The notes under the pieces: generated by a model
Seen by the model: only the letters and a program-made list of their open reading frames with translations
Database searches by the model: none
Told to the model about the DNA's origin: nothing
Position numbers and translations under genes: made by a program
In this document: positions 21,817 to 31,544 of the stretch, in pieces
Layout of the letters: each line of letters opens with the position of its first letter
Position numbering within the stretch: position 1 is the stretch's first letter
From: a virus
Strand: one strand, 5' to 3'
DNA length: 64,000 bases
Virus record (IMG/VR): IMGVR_UViG_3300004369_000012
Coordinates: 5,164-69,163 of that record

Positions 21817-22158
21817 ATGGCAGCACCAGTTGTAAATCTGTCTGTAGATCAACATACTGATTTTGCGGCGACTTTTACTATTCGTCAGGCGGATGGTAGC
21901 GTCGTTGATTTAAGAGGTTATGATCTAGAGTCTAAAGTTAGAAAGTGGGAAGGATCTACAAATGTTGTTGCTATGGGCACCACTTATGGCGCTAATGCTG
22001 CCCTCGGTAAGATTACTGTAAGTTTAGCGTCTACTGTTACTGGCATTTTAACTGCTGGTAGATATAATTACGATATTATGATCATTAATCAAATTTCAAA
22101 TAAGGTTAGTAAAGTAATTCAAGGGCAGATGATAGTTGCACCTTCGATGACAAGTTGA
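21817..22158 (+). CDS. Small virion structural protein (Ig-like/baseplate-type fold, 113 aa)
   Basis: NLSVDQ.TDF..TF, DLRGY..ESKVRK, GKITVSL..T..L.AGRY.YDI, a recurrent T4-like cyanophage structural family; late promoter upstream. Confidence 0.7.
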   Translation: MAAPVVNLSVDQHTDFAATFTIRQADGSVVDLRGYDLESKVRKWEGSTNVVAMGTTYGANAALGKITVSLASTVTGILTAGRYNYDIMIINQISNKVSKVIQGQMIVAPSMTS

Positions 22159-22523
22159 TGGAAGAGTACGATGTTGTCTTATCTGATGTTATCAGTGGTC
22201 AAGTCGATTATGAAGCAGAGGTCGTAGTAGACACAGGCATTCAATTATTATCTGTAGATGTTACATTGGGGCAGGGGGGCTTACAGGTGGCAAATTTGAA
22301 GGACCTGGACGATGTAAGTATGTCAGGTGCGGGCAACAAGTTTGTCCTGATTTATGATAGTGCAACTAACGGGTTTAAGTTGGTAAATCCTGACGATGTT
22401 CTAGATTCTGCTGTAGGTATTGTTCCTAGTGATCCTGCACCTGTAGGATTTTCTACGGACACAATTAACTATCTTGACGATGTTTTGGATAACAAAATTG
22501 ATCTTGACGCGGGTGAATGGTAA
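22155..22523 (+). CDS. Acidic hypothetical, tail-fibre-associated protein (122 aa)
   Basis: LKDLDDV..(K)FVLIYD...GF motif and C-terminal DLDAGEW are typical of fibre-associated proteins. Confidence 0.65.
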   Translation: MMEEYDVVLSDVISGQVDYEAEVVVDTGIQLLSVDVTLGQGGLQVANLKDLDDVSMSGAGNKFVLIYDSATNGFKLVNPDDVLDSAVGIVPSDPAPVGFSTDTINYLDDVLDNKIDLDAGEW

Positions 22524-22531
22524 AAAAGTAA

Positions 22532-22537
22532 TAAATA
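22532..22537 (+). promoter_or_regulatory. Late promoter (ATAAATA)
   Basis: Intergenic, upstream of the fibre gene at 22575. Confidence 0.65.
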
Positions 22538-22574
22538 TTCTTAGGTTATAATTCGATAATTCAGGGGGCTTTAA

Positions 22575-25500
22575 ATGCCAGCGCCAGTTATACAGTTTAA
22601 AAGGGGTCAGTTTGCAAATCTACCTGGTCTAAGAGCAGGGGAACCTGGATTTACAACTGATAAATACGATCTATATGTTGGTATAAATTCTACCACTGAT
22701 GGGAACAAATTTTTCGGTTCTCACCGTTATTGGACAAAAGAAACTGCAACAACAGGTTCTGGTCTAAGACTTGTTGAGGGTACTAATAATGGCGAAGAAT
22801 ATGTAGAATTGAGAGCGCCTGCATCAGTTGGTGCAGCAGTTACTTATACATTCCCTGCAGCAGCAGTTGATGGTGGTTACCTGCTAGTTGATGCAGATGG
22901 TAATCTATCTTGGGATACAACACTAGATGCAACAACAGTCAACGCTGCTGGTGTTGGTACTGTTGCATTCCTCCAGTCAACAACTGTAAACGTTTCTGCT
23001 GGTGCTACCGTTGGTGGTGCTCTAGACGTAAACGGTGGTCTAGAGGTAACAGGACAGACAACTCTCAACGATCATCTAAACGTTGTTGGAACCACAACCT
23101 CAGCAAACCTAACGGTTTCTGGTACATCCTTGTTCCAAGGTGGTGTTCAAGTAGATTCACTTATCGTTGCTAATGGCGGTGTTTCGGGTGATCTAACTGG
23201 CAACGTAACAGGTAACGTAACTTCGTCTGGAAGCAATAGTTTCGGACAAGTTTCAGTTTCTGGTGTTACAACTTCCACAGGTGGTTTCGTTGGCGATCTA
23301 ACTGGCAACGTAACAGGTAACGTAACAGGTAACGTAACTGGTAACGTAACTGGTAACGTAACTGGCGCTCTAACTGGTAATGCTGATTCCGCTACCGCGC
23401 TAGAAACTGCACGTAACTTCTCCGCAAGTGGCGACGCTTCTGCTTCTGCTGTTTCCTTCGACGGTACAGGCAACGTTGATCTCGCGCTAACCCTAGCAAC
23501 AGTCAACAGCGACACAGGTACGTTTGGTTCTCAGACACAGATCCCAGTTGTTACAGTTAACGCTAAGGGTCTTGTTACTGCCGTAACAACCGCTGCTGTT
23601 GGTACTGCTCTAACCGTAACTGGTGATAGTGGTTCCGAGGATATCAATCTTCTAAACGAAACACTATCAATCTCTGGCGGTTCTAACGTAACCACTGGTG
23701 CTGCTTCTAATGGTGTTACGATCAACCTAGATCCCGAGATTAACCTAACAGCAGTAAATGCCTCTGGTATTATTACTGCTTCCTCCTTTAGTGGTTCTGG
23801 TTCGGGTCTATCTGCGGGTACAACACCTGTTACAACTCTAGATATTGATGGCGCTTCTGATATCGGCGCTGATCTTGATGATGCAGACCTAATCATTGTT
23901 GACGACGGTGCTGGCGGTACTAACCGCAAGTCCACCATGCTTCGTGTTAAGGATTACGTCCTTGGAGGTGGTGCTGGTGCTAACTTTGAGCAGATCAATG
24001 TTACAGGTATTGCAACCGTAGCATTTGCTGATGCAACAACCCTTAAGGTCGGTGCTGGTGCAACTTTCACTGGTGATGTCGATGCTAACGGCGGTCTAGA
24101 CGTTGCAGGTGCTGCAGATTTCAACGGTGGTCTGACTGCTGATACTGCAATCATTGAAGATCTAACTGCTGGTCGTGTTCTAATCGCTGGTACTGGTGGT
24201 TCTGTTGAAGACGATGCAGGTCTAACCTATAATGCAGTAGACAACGCTCTTACTGTTGATGGTGATATTCAGTCTTCTGGTATCATCACTGCTACAACTA
24301 GACTTTCTACTGGTGCAATTGGTACTGGCATCAACATTGATACCAACACCATCACTGGTCCTTCCTCCATCACTCTTGATCCCTCTGCTATCAACGATAA
24401 CAGTGGTACTGTTTACATTCTTGGTGACCTACAGGTTAAGGGTACAACAACTCAGATCGATTCTACAGTTGTTAGTGTTGCTGACCTAGCGATCGAAGTT
24501 GCTAAAGGTGCTGCTAACGATGCTGCTGCAAACGGCGCAGGTTTTACCGTTGACTCTGGTGACGGCGACAAGACCTTCCACTTTGAAGCGGTTGGTGACA
24601 ACTTCGGTTCTTCTGAGAACCTCAACCTTGCATCTGGTAAGGTTTATAAGATCAATAATACTGAGGTTCTAAGTGCATCTGCTCTAAGCAGTGCAGTTTC
24701 GGTTGACATCGACTCCCTAGATATCGATGGCGGCACAGATATTGGTGCTGATCTTTCTGATGCAGATCTAATCATCGTTGATGATGGTGCTGGCGGTACT
24801 AACCGCAAGTCCACCATGCTCCGTGTTAAGGACTATGTTCTTGGCGGTGGTGCTGGTGCTAACTTCGAGCAAATTAATGTCTCTGGCATTTCTACGGTTA
24901 CATTTGCTGACGCAACAACCCTTAAGGTTGGCGCTGGCGCTACTGTAACTGGTGCTCTAGACGTTGATGGTGGTGCAGATATCTCTGGTGGCGAAACCAC
25001 CCTATCCTCTGCAACCGTTAGCGATCTAACCGCTACTCGCCTGGTTATCGCTGGTTCTGGTGGTGCTCTAGAAGATGACGCTAACGTCACCTTCTCTAAC
25101 GATCGCCTGGTACTTGGTGGTTCTGGTCTAAGTGCAACTGAGGTTTCTGTCTCTGGTATCGTTACAGCATCTGATGTTCGTAACTCCAGTGGCGGTCTTC
25201 TCCCCTTGGTCGGTGTTTCGACTCAATTGGGTGATGCAGGTCTGGTCACTGCCTTCAAGTTCCGTGGTTCTGGTCTAGAGTCCTTCACTCTGGCAAATGG
25301 TATCGCAGACGTTGAACTGACTGGTATTGCTGCTACAACCTTCACCACAAGTGAGGTCTTCACCGCAACTTCTGGTCAAACTTCCTTCACCTTCAATTCT
25401 GGTTACAGCGAAGGTTTCCTAGATGTTTATCAGAACGGTGTTCGCCTAATCACTGGCGTTGACTACACTGCACAAGATTCTTCTAATGGCACCTTCACCC

Positions 25501-26810
25501 TTGCGGTTGGTGCTAACCTCAACGACGAAATCGAAGCAGTTGCATGGAAGTCTCTTGGTGATATCGTTCATATTCAGTCCCTCAAGACTGTTAGCGATCT
25601 AACGGTTTCGGGTATTGCTACTATCTCTGGTGGCATCAACGGTGCAATTAACTTCACTGGTGTTTCGACCACTGGTCAACTACAAACCACTGATGTTAAT
25701 GCTACTGGTATCATAACCGCAACTAGTGGTTTCTTTGGCGACCTAACAGGTAACGTAACTGGTGATCTAACTGGTAACGCTGATTCCGCTACCGCACTTG
25801 AGACTGCTCGTAACTTCTCTGCAAGTGGCGACGCAAGTGCTTCTGCTGTTTCCTTCGACGGCACTGGTAACGTTGATCTAGCACTAACTCTAGCAACCGT
25901 TAACAGCGACACTGGATCATTCGGTTCTTCAACCACAATCCCCGTCGTTACCGTTAACGCTAAGGGTCTTGTTACTGCAGTCACAACCGCAAGCGTCGGT
26001 ACGGCACTAACCGTAACTGGCGACAGTGGTACAGAGCAGATTGATCTTCTAACCGAAGCACTAGCAATCACTGGTGGTGCTAACGTAACCACTTCAGCTG
26101 CTGCTAACGGTGTTGAGGTTGCTCTAGACAGCGACATCAGCGTAACCAGCGTTAACGCTTCTACAGTTAACGTTTCCGCAGGTGCAACCGTAGGTGGTGC
26201 TCTTGATGTTAACGGAGGTGCCGATATTAGCGGCGGTGAGACGGTTCTATCGTCTGCTACGGTTTCTGACCTAACTCAAGGTCGCGTCGTCCTTGCAGGC
26301 GCTTCTGGTGCCCTTGAGGACAGCGGAAACCTAACCTTCGGTGCTAACGGTCTAACCGTAACTGGCGGTGCTCTGGTTGCTGCCGCATCTACCTTCAGCG
26401 ATGACTTGGCAGTCGGCGGTGACGTGGTTATCACAGGTAACCTAACCGTTAATGGTACGACCACTCAAGTCAATACCAACAACACCACGATTGAGGACGT
26501 TCTACTTGAACTCCAAGTCGTAGATGGTGGTGCTCTAACTGGCGACACCAATAAGGACGTTGGTCTGGTACTGAACTACTTTGATGGTTCTGCCAAGAAG
26601 GCAGCAATCTACTGGGATGATTCCGCTTCTCGCTTCGCACTAACGGGCGACGCAAGCGAGTCCAGTGGCGTTCTAACTGCTGCTTCATACGCTTCCCTAG
26701 AAGTCGGTGGATTGTTCCTCAACGACTGTGCAGGCGCTTCGCAGGTTATCTCCTGCAGCGGCACCACACGTTCGCTAGAGAACATCACAATCGACGGCGG
26801 ATTCTTCTGA
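22575..26810 (+). CDS. Tail fibre / fibre-like structural protein with internal repeats (1411 aa)
   Basis: IQFKRG...LRAGEPGFTTD N-terminus, G/A/T/S/V-rich repeats, GNLTVNGTTTQVN motifs, C-terminal IDGGFF; strongly biased codon use suggests high expression. Confidence 0.85.
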   Translation: MPAPVIQFKRGQFANLPGLRAGEPGFTTDKYDLYVGINSTTDGNKFFGSHRYWTKETATTGSGLRLVEGTNNGEEYVELRAPASVGAAVTYTFPAAAVDGGYLLVDADGNLSWDTTLDATTVNAAGVGTVAFLQSTTVNVSAGATVGGALDVNGGLEVTGQTTLNDHLNVVGTTTSANLTVSGTSLFQGGVQVDSLIVANGGVSGDLTGNVTGNVTSSGSNSFGQVSVSGVTTSTGGFVGDLTGNVTGNVTGNVTGNVTGNVTGALTGNADSATALETARNFSASGDASASAVSFDGTGNVDLALTLATVNSDTGTFGSQTQIPVVTVNAKGLVTAVTTAAVGTALTVTGDSGSEDINLLNETLSISGGSNVTTGAASNGVTINLDPEINLTAVNASGIITASSFSGSGSGLSAGTTPVTTLDIDGASDIGADLDDADLIIVDDGAGGTNRKSTMLRVKDYVLGGGAGANFEQINVTGIATVAFADATTLKVGAGATFTGDVDANGGLDVAGAADFNGGLTADTAIIEDLTAGRVLIAGTGGSVEDDAGLTYNAVDNALTVDGDIQSSGIITATTRLSTGAIGTGINIDTNTITGPSSITLDPSAINDNSGTVYILGDLQVKGTTTQIDSTVVSVADLAIEVAKGAANDAAANGAGFTVDSGDGDKTFHFEAVGDNFGSSENLNLASGKVYKINNTEVLSASALSSAVSVDIDSLDIDGGTDIGADLSDADLIIVDDGAGGTNRKSTMLRVKDYVLGGGAGANFEQINVSGISTVTFADATTLKVGAGATVTGALDVDGGADISGGETTLSSATVSDLTATRLVIAGSGGALEDDANVTFSNDRLVLGGSGLSATEVSVSGIVTASDVRNSSGGLLPLVGVSTQLGDAGLVTAFKFRGSGLESFTLANGIADVELTGIAATTFTTSEVFTATSGQTSFTFNSGYSEGFLDVYQNGVRLITGVDYTAQDSSNGTFTLAVGANLNDEIEAVAWKSLGDIVHIQSLKTVSDLTVSGIATISGGINGAINFTGVSTTGQLQTTDVNATGIITATSGFFGDLTGNVTGDLTGNADSATALETARNFSASGDASASAVSFDGTGNVDLALTLATVNSDTGSFGSSTTIPVVTVNAKGLVTAVTTASVGTALTVTGDSGTEQIDLLTEALAITGGANVTTSAAANGVEVALDSDISVTSVNASTVNVSAGATVGGALDVNGGADISGGETVLSSATVSDLTQGRVVLAGASGALEDSGNLTFGANGLTVTGGALVAAASTFSDDLAVGGDVVITGNLTVNGTTTQVNTNNTTIEDVLLELQVVDGGALTGDTNKDVGLVLNYFDGSAKKAAIYWDDSASRFALTGDASESSGVLTAASYASLEVGGLFLNDCAGASQVISCSGTTRSLENITIDGGFF
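23304..23363 (+). repeat. Five tandem 12-nt units GG(T/C)AACGTAAC(A/T) encoding (GNVT)5
   Basis: Read directly from the sequence. Confidence 0.9.
23370..26092 (+). repeat. Internal duplication A: ~23370-23695 and ~25767-26092 (LTGNADSATALETARNFSASGDASASAVSFDGTGNVDLALTLATVNSDTG...)
   Basis: About 110-aa repeat, identical over its first ~50 aa, with synonymous nucleotide differences. Confidence 0.85.
23838..24944 (+). repeat. Internal duplication B: ~23838-24065 and ~24717-24944 (LDIDG..DIGADL.DADLIIVDDGAGGTNRKSTMLRVKDYVLGGGAGANFEQINV...)
   Basis: Near-identical ~75-aa repeat visible in the translation and the DNA. Confidence 0.85.
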
Positions 26811-26829
26811 TAGGATTCTAAAAACCAAA

Positions 26830-26835
26830 TAAATA
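26830..26835 (+). promoter_or_regulatory. Late promoter (ATAAATA) abutting a terminator hairpin
   Basis: TAAATA immediately 5' of the GGGGGC stem. Confidence 0.55.
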
Positions 26836-26859
26836 GGGGGGCATACGCCCCCTTTTTTT
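26835..26859 (+). terminator. Rho-independent terminator after the fibre gene
   Basis: GGGGGC-ATAC-GCCCCC followed by T7. Confidence 0.85.
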
Positions 26860-27078
26860 ATGGCATCCGAACAAGAATTTCAAGCACTATTGAACGTGTA
26901 TCAAAGAAAAGTATCAGACCTCACTTCTCAAACAATTGCATTAGAAGCAAGAGTTATAGTACTTTCTTCTCAACTAAATAGTTTACAACAAGGTACTACT
27001 GTACCTAATGAACAACCACAGAAAACAGGCCGACGAGTAAATACTAAGAAGTCTGATATGGATTCTGGGGAGTTCTGA
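26860..27078 (+). CDS. Hypothetical coiled-coil protein (72 aa)
   Basis: L..YQRKVSDL..Q.I.LEAR pattern recurrent next to cyanophage fibre genes. Confidence 0.65.
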   Translation: MASEQEFQALLNVYQRKVSDLTSQTIALEARVIVLSSQLNSLQQGTTVPNEQPQKTGRRVNTKKSDMDSGEF

Positions 27079-27103
27079 ACGCTTCATAGCATATTGTAAT
27101 TAG

Positions 27104-29266
27104 ATGGCAAATCCAAAGATTAAAATTAAGCGATCAGCGATCGCTGGGAAGGTTCCTCATTACCCAGATAATATTGGGTTGGGCGAATTTGCAATTAACC
27201 ATGCAGACGGTAAGGTATTCATTGCTGCAGGTCAAGCGGGTGTGGGTGTTGGAACCACCGTCATAGAGGTTGGTATTAGTACAGCACGTATCCTCTCTGG
27301 TATTGCCACTGTCACAACGCTACAAGTAACTAATCTTACAGCAACAAACGAAATCACTGGCATTTCTAGTGGTGCTGCAAAGGTTGAAACCGCAACTGAT
27401 GGCGGTAACCAGTGGCACCATGTTGGATTTTTAGATAATAGAACAGGATACCAAAAAATTAAAACTAATGGGTTAACTTATAACCCAAGTACAGGAAAAC
27501 TATATGCAGGTATTGGTAGTTTTCATACAATCACTGGTGATCTAACTGGTGATGTTACTGGCGATCTAACTGGTGATGTAACTGCAGGTCAACTAAGCGT
27601 CACTGGTGTTTCTACATTCCAAGGTAATGTATATCTTGGTGATGGTAAAAAATTATATTTTGGAGATGGTCCAGACTTAGATATTTACCATAATGGTGGA
27701 GAATCTTATATTAGAGATATTGGATCTGGAAACCTAAGAATAGAAACTCAAGGTGCAGCAGTTGTTCTTGCTTCCACAGAAGGTGAGGACATGGGCAAAT
27801 TCTTTAGAAATGCCCAAGTAGAACTCTACTATGATAACTCCAAAAAATTTGAAACCATCGGCACTGGTGCCACAGTAACTGGTGACCTTTATGCCACAAC
27901 ATTCTATGGTAATGTAACTGCAGGTCAACTAAGCGTCACTGGCGTTTCTACTGTTGGACTTGTTAATTATGAAGGACTTGCAAGCAAATATTCATTATCA
28001 CGCCAATATTCAACATATTACGTTGGATCAAGTTACTTAGTTCCTGACGAATATCAAAAGGTTGTTACTATTATTCCATCTGGTAGTTTTCAAAACTATC
28101 AGATTGTTGGAAGAATGGTTGCTCAGTCTGGATCTAATTCTCAGACAATTAACTTTAATGCTCTTCTTCGTGCAAATTCTCTACCAGATCTAAGTTGGAA
28201 TATTACTTACAATGAAGAGTTAGCAGGTAGTAGTGCATATATTACTCCTCAACTTTGGACAAAGGAAACAACAACTGCTGGATTTGTTCTAGCATTTAAA
28301 GTAAATGTTCAAATTTTCGGTAATGTTACTTGCGATTTTGTAGTTATTCCTCGCAGTGCATCACAGCATAATAATGTTACTCTAAATACAAGTTCTTCAA
28401 GTGAACAGTCTATTGTAGATACTGGTTATACTGCTAATGACTTCACTAAGGTTACATCTTTAGGTGGTGCAAATATTACCTACACTGGTAATGTTACTGC
28501 AACAAACTTTACTGGAAATATCTATTCTACTGGAATTTCAACAATCAGTGGATTTAGATTTCCTTCCACAGATGGAACAAGTGGGCAAGTTCTGGGCACA
28601 GATGGTGCAGGTCAACTAGCATTTATTACTGCGTCCTCCGCAGGTTCTGGAACTACGATTACAAATTTGCATTGGACCGTTGGTGTTGGATCTACAGCAT
28701 TTCAATCTCCTCATGATATTGAAGATAGAACTGCACTAGTATTCAATAACGGTTTAAAATTATCATTAGATGAGGATTATTATATCGAATCTAATACAGT
28801 ATACATTAAGAATGGTCCGTTAGATGAGGGGGATCGTGTACATGTTACCATTCATTATGACACTTCTTACAATAGTGAATTTTTCACTGCGACTGATGGG
28901 CAAACCACATTCAATTTGGCAGCAACTCTACTAAGTAGTCAAGATAGAGCAAAGGTATATTTGAACGGTGCAAAATTACGAGGCACTATTGACTATGGAA
29001 TTTCCCAAACAGTTAATTTAAATATTGGCGCTACTGAAGGTGATTTGATTAATATCAGTGCTGACGCAGGAGAAAGTTATACTTCGGCATCATCTGGTCA
29101 GACAGCATTTAGTTATACCTCATCTGGAATTACTGCCAGCAATCTAATTGTTTACCAAAATGGTATTAGGTTAGAACCTACTGATTATACTGTTGGATCT
29201 CTATCTCTTGTTCTTACACAAGGAACAGAGGCGGGTGACTCTTTGGATGTCTTACTTTACGCTTGA
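27104..29266 (+). CDS. Tail fibre-like structural protein (720 aa)
   Basis: IKIKRSA..GKVP...LGEFAINHADGKVF N-terminus, FGDGPDLDIYH module, PSTDGTSGQVLGTDGAG motif, C-terminal GQT.F / VY.NG..L...DY repeats. Confidence 0.8.
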   Translation: MANPKIKIKRSAIAGKVPHYPDNIGLGEFAINHADGKVFIAAGQAGVGVGTTVIEVGISTARILSGIATVTTLQVTNLTATNEITGISSGAAKVETATDGGNQWHHVGFLDNRTGYQKIKTNGLTYNPSTGKLYAGIGSFHTITGDLTGDVTGDLTGDVTAGQLSVTGVSTFQGNVYLGDGKKLYFGDGPDLDIYHNGGESYIRDIGSGNLRIETQGAAVVLASTEGEDMGKFFRNAQVELYYDNSKKFETIGTGATVTGDLYATTFYGNVTAGQLSVTGVSTVGLVNYEGLASKYSLSRQYSTYYVGSSYLVPDEYQKVVTIIPSGSFQNYQIVGRMVAQSGSNSQTINFNALLRANSLPDLSWNITYNEELAGSSAYITPQLWTKETTTAGFVLAFKVNVQIFGNVTCDFVVIPRSASQHNNVTLNTSSSSEQSIVDTGYTANDFTKVTSLGGANITYTGNVTATNFTGNIYSTGISTISGFRFPSTDGTSGQVLGTDGAGQLAFITASSAGSGTTITNLHWTVGVGSTAFQSPHDIEDRTALVFNNGLKLSLDEDYYIESNTVYIKNGPLDEGDRVHVTIHYDTSYNSEFFTATDGQTTFNLAATLLSSQDRAKVYLNGAKLRGTIDYGISQTVNLNIGATEGDLINISADAGESYTSASSGQTAFSYTSSGITASNLIVYQNGIRLEPTDYTVGSLSLVLTQGTEAGDSLDVLLYA
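27576..27951 (+). repeat. 40-bp direct repeat (1 mismatch) at 27576-27615 and 27912-27951 flanking a fibre module
   Basis: ATGTAACTGCAGGTCAACTAAGCGTCACTGG(T/C)GTTTCTAC occurs twice, 336 nt apart. Confidence 0.85.
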
Positions 29267-29272
29267 TAAATA
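29267..29272 (+). promoter_or_regulatory. Late promoter (ATAAATA) for g13
   Basis: Followed by GGAGG RBS and the g13 ATG. Confidence 0.7.
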
Positions 29273-29290
29273 AATCGGAGGCATATTAAC

Positions 29291-30133
29291 ATGGCAAAAC
29301 CCTCAACTAGACACGAACTAGTTCAATACTGCAAAAGACAGTTAGGTTATCCTGTCTTGGAAATTAATGTTGCCGATGAGCAGATCGATGATCTAGTTGA
29401 TGATGCGATTCAATATTTTAATGAGCGTCATTATGATGGCATCGAAAAGATGTATTTGAAGCACAAAATCGATGAGGATTTTGTCAATAGAATTAAAGCA
29501 AGAGGTGGTAATCAAGCAGCAGGTATTACCACAACCACTGCAACCAGTACAATTGTTGGTACAGCAGTAACTTTTAATTACGAAGAGAATAGTAATTATA
29601 TTCAAGTTCCTGATGCTGTTATTGGCATTGAGAAAGTTTTTAAGATTGATAACCGTGCTATTAGCACAAACATGTTCAGTGTCAACTATCAGTTGTTCTT
29701 GAATGAGATCTATTGGTTTAGTTCTACTGAACTTTTGAACTACACTATGACAAAGAGATATCTGGAAGATATCGATTTTATTTTGCATCCCGATAAGCAA
29801 ATTCGCTTTAATAAGAGGCAAGGAAGACTTTATATTGATACTGATGCGGCATCGTTTCAGGCAGATGATTATCTAGTTATTGAGTGCTACAGAGCGGTTG
29901 ATCCAGAAGATTTCTCAAAAGTATATAACGATAGTTTCCTAAAGAAATATCTCACTGCTCTAATTAAGAAGCAATGGGGTATGAATATGATGAAATTTAC
30001 TGGTGTTAAACTTCCTGGTGGAGTTGAACTCAATGGTCGTCAGATGTATGACGATGCTATGCGTGATCTAGAAATCATCCAAGAGAAGATGATGACAGAA
30101 TATGAAACTCCACCCCTAGATCTTATTGGTTAA
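29291..30133 (+). CDS. g13: Neck protein gp13
   Basis: YCKRQLGYPVLEINV.DEQIDD, KKQWG.N..KF.GVKLPGGVELNG. Confidence 0.93.
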   Translation: MAKPSTRHELVQYCKRQLGYPVLEINVADEQIDDLVDDAIQYFNERHYDGIEKMYLKHKIDEDFVNRIKARGGNQAAGITTTTATSTIVGTAVTFNYEENSNYIQVPDAVIGIEKVFKIDNRAISTNMFSVNYQLFLNEIYWFSSTELLNYTMTKRYLEDIDFILHPDKQIRFNKRQGRLYIDTDAASFQADDYLVIECYRAVDPEDFSKVYNDSFLKKYLTALIKKQWGMNMMKFTGVKLPGGVELNGRQMYDDAMRDLEIIQEKMMTEYETPPLDLIG

Positions 30134-30135
30134 TA

Positions 30136-31524
30136 ATGTTAAACCCATTTTTTCTACAAGGACAAAGTTCTGAGCAAAATCTCATCCAAGACTTGATCAA
30201 TGAGCAGATCAAGATGTATGGGATTGAAGTGATCTACATGCCCAGAACTTTTGTTAATGTAAAGACAATTATGAGAGAGGTAACTACCTCCAAATTTACA
30301 AGGTCTTTCCCAATTGAAGCATATGTAGAAAATTATGATGGGTATGTTGGTAACGACATCACTCTGTCAAAGTTTGGCATCAGAACGCAAGACCAAACAA
30401 CTTTAATTATATCACAAGATCGTTATGATACTTATATTAGGTCACTGCTGACTGGTAGTTCTGGTGAGATGAGACTCACTAACAGACCAAAAGAGGGTGA
30501 TCTAGTGTATTTCCCGCTGAGCAAAAGTCTCATGGAAATTAAGTTTGTTGAAGATAGAGATCCTTTCTTTCAACTGCAAAAAAATTATATCTATAAGTTG
30601 ACTTGCGAAGTCTTTGAATACGAGGATGAGGAAATTGATGGACTCGTTGACGAAGTCAATGATATTGTTGACGAAAAAGGTTATCTAACTACATTAACTC
30701 TCGCGGGTGTTGGTACAACTGCTGCGGCAGTTGCAACATTTAGAGATGGTGGTATTTTTGCTCTAACACTTACAAATGATGGTTCTGGGTATGAAACAAC
30801 CCCAACGATTAGAATTGAACCCCCAGATAGTGGATCTACGGCAAGTGCAGTTGCTATTACAACTGCAAATCAGATGGGTTCCAAGTCTATTCGAAGAATT
30901 GAAATAACAAATCCTGGATTTGGATATACTCAAGTCCCAAGTGTTACATTTGTTGGCGGTTTGAACAACGGTAATGCGCCAACAAACGCTGCTACAGCAG
31001 TTGCTGGTGTTGGTACAACTGGTGTTGTTGGTGTTGTTACTGTAACTTCTGGAAGTTCCAATTATGGAATCGCTCCTTCGATCACATTCTCTGCACCAGA
31101 TCTTGGTTATGGTATCACTGCAACTGGATATGCAGTTATTGATAATCTTGGTGCGGTTTCTCAGATTAAAGTCACCAACGCTGGTTACGGATACACTCAA
31201 CCCCCAACAATCACGATTGGTATGGGGCAAACAGTTGGTGTTGGCACATTTGTATATGGCAATTTTGTCAAGGGTGTTAGTAGTCTTACCACAGCGTTTG
31301 CTAAGGACTGGGATGTCAGAACTATGCTACTCAGAGTTAATAATGTTACTGGCAACTTTGAGGTTGGTGAAGTTATCAATACCACAGCATCTGATGCGGC
31401 GTACACCATCAAGGCAATTAATTATGATGATGAAGTAGATCCATTCGCAGATAATGATACATTTGAGACTGAGGCAGATGCAATTCTAGACTTTACAGAA
31501 TCTAACCCATTTGGTGAGATCTAA
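30136..31524 (+). CDS. g14: Neck / head closure protein gp14
   Basis: EQNLIQDLINEQIKMYG.EV.Y.PR, RPKEGDLVYFP, LDFTESNPFG. Confidence 0.92.
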   Translation: MLNPFFLQGQSSEQNLIQDLINEQIKMYGIEVIYMPRTFVNVKTIMREVTTSKFTRSFPIEAYVENYDGYVGNDITLSKFGIRTQDQTTLIISQDRYDTYIRSLLTGSSGEMRLTNRPKEGDLVYFPLSKSLMEIKFVEDRDPFFQLQKNYIYKLTCEVFEYEDEEIDGLVDEVNDIVDEKGYLTTLTLAGVGTTAAAVATFRDGGIFALTLTNDGSGYETTPTIRIEPPDSGSTASAVAITTANQMGSKSIRRIEITNPGFGYTQVPSVTFVGGLNNGNAPTNAATAVAGVGTTGVVGVVTVTSGSSNYGIAPSITFSAPDLGYGITATGYAVIDNLGAVSQIKVTNAGYGYTQPPTITIGMGQTVGVGTFVYGNFVKGVSSLTTAFAKDWDVRTMLLRVNNVTGNFEVGEVINTTASDAAYTIKAINYDDEVDPFADNDTFETEADAILDFTESNPFGEI

Positions 31525-31527
31525 ATA
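31522..31527 (+). promoter_or_regulatory. Late promoter (CTAAATA) for g15
   Basis: Overlaps the g14 stop codon, about 18 nt before the g15 ATG. Confidence 0.6.
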
Positions 31528-31544
31528 GTTAAAAATATAATGTC

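Noticed and set aside
23304-23363. CRISPR-like or non-coding repeat array
   Set aside because: 12-nt in-frame coding repeats with no spacers.
22575-29266. Diversity-generating retroelement or invertible fibre cassette
   Set aside because: Repeats are direct and in frame, differences are synonymous rather than adenine-specific, and no reverse transcriptase or recombinase gene is present.
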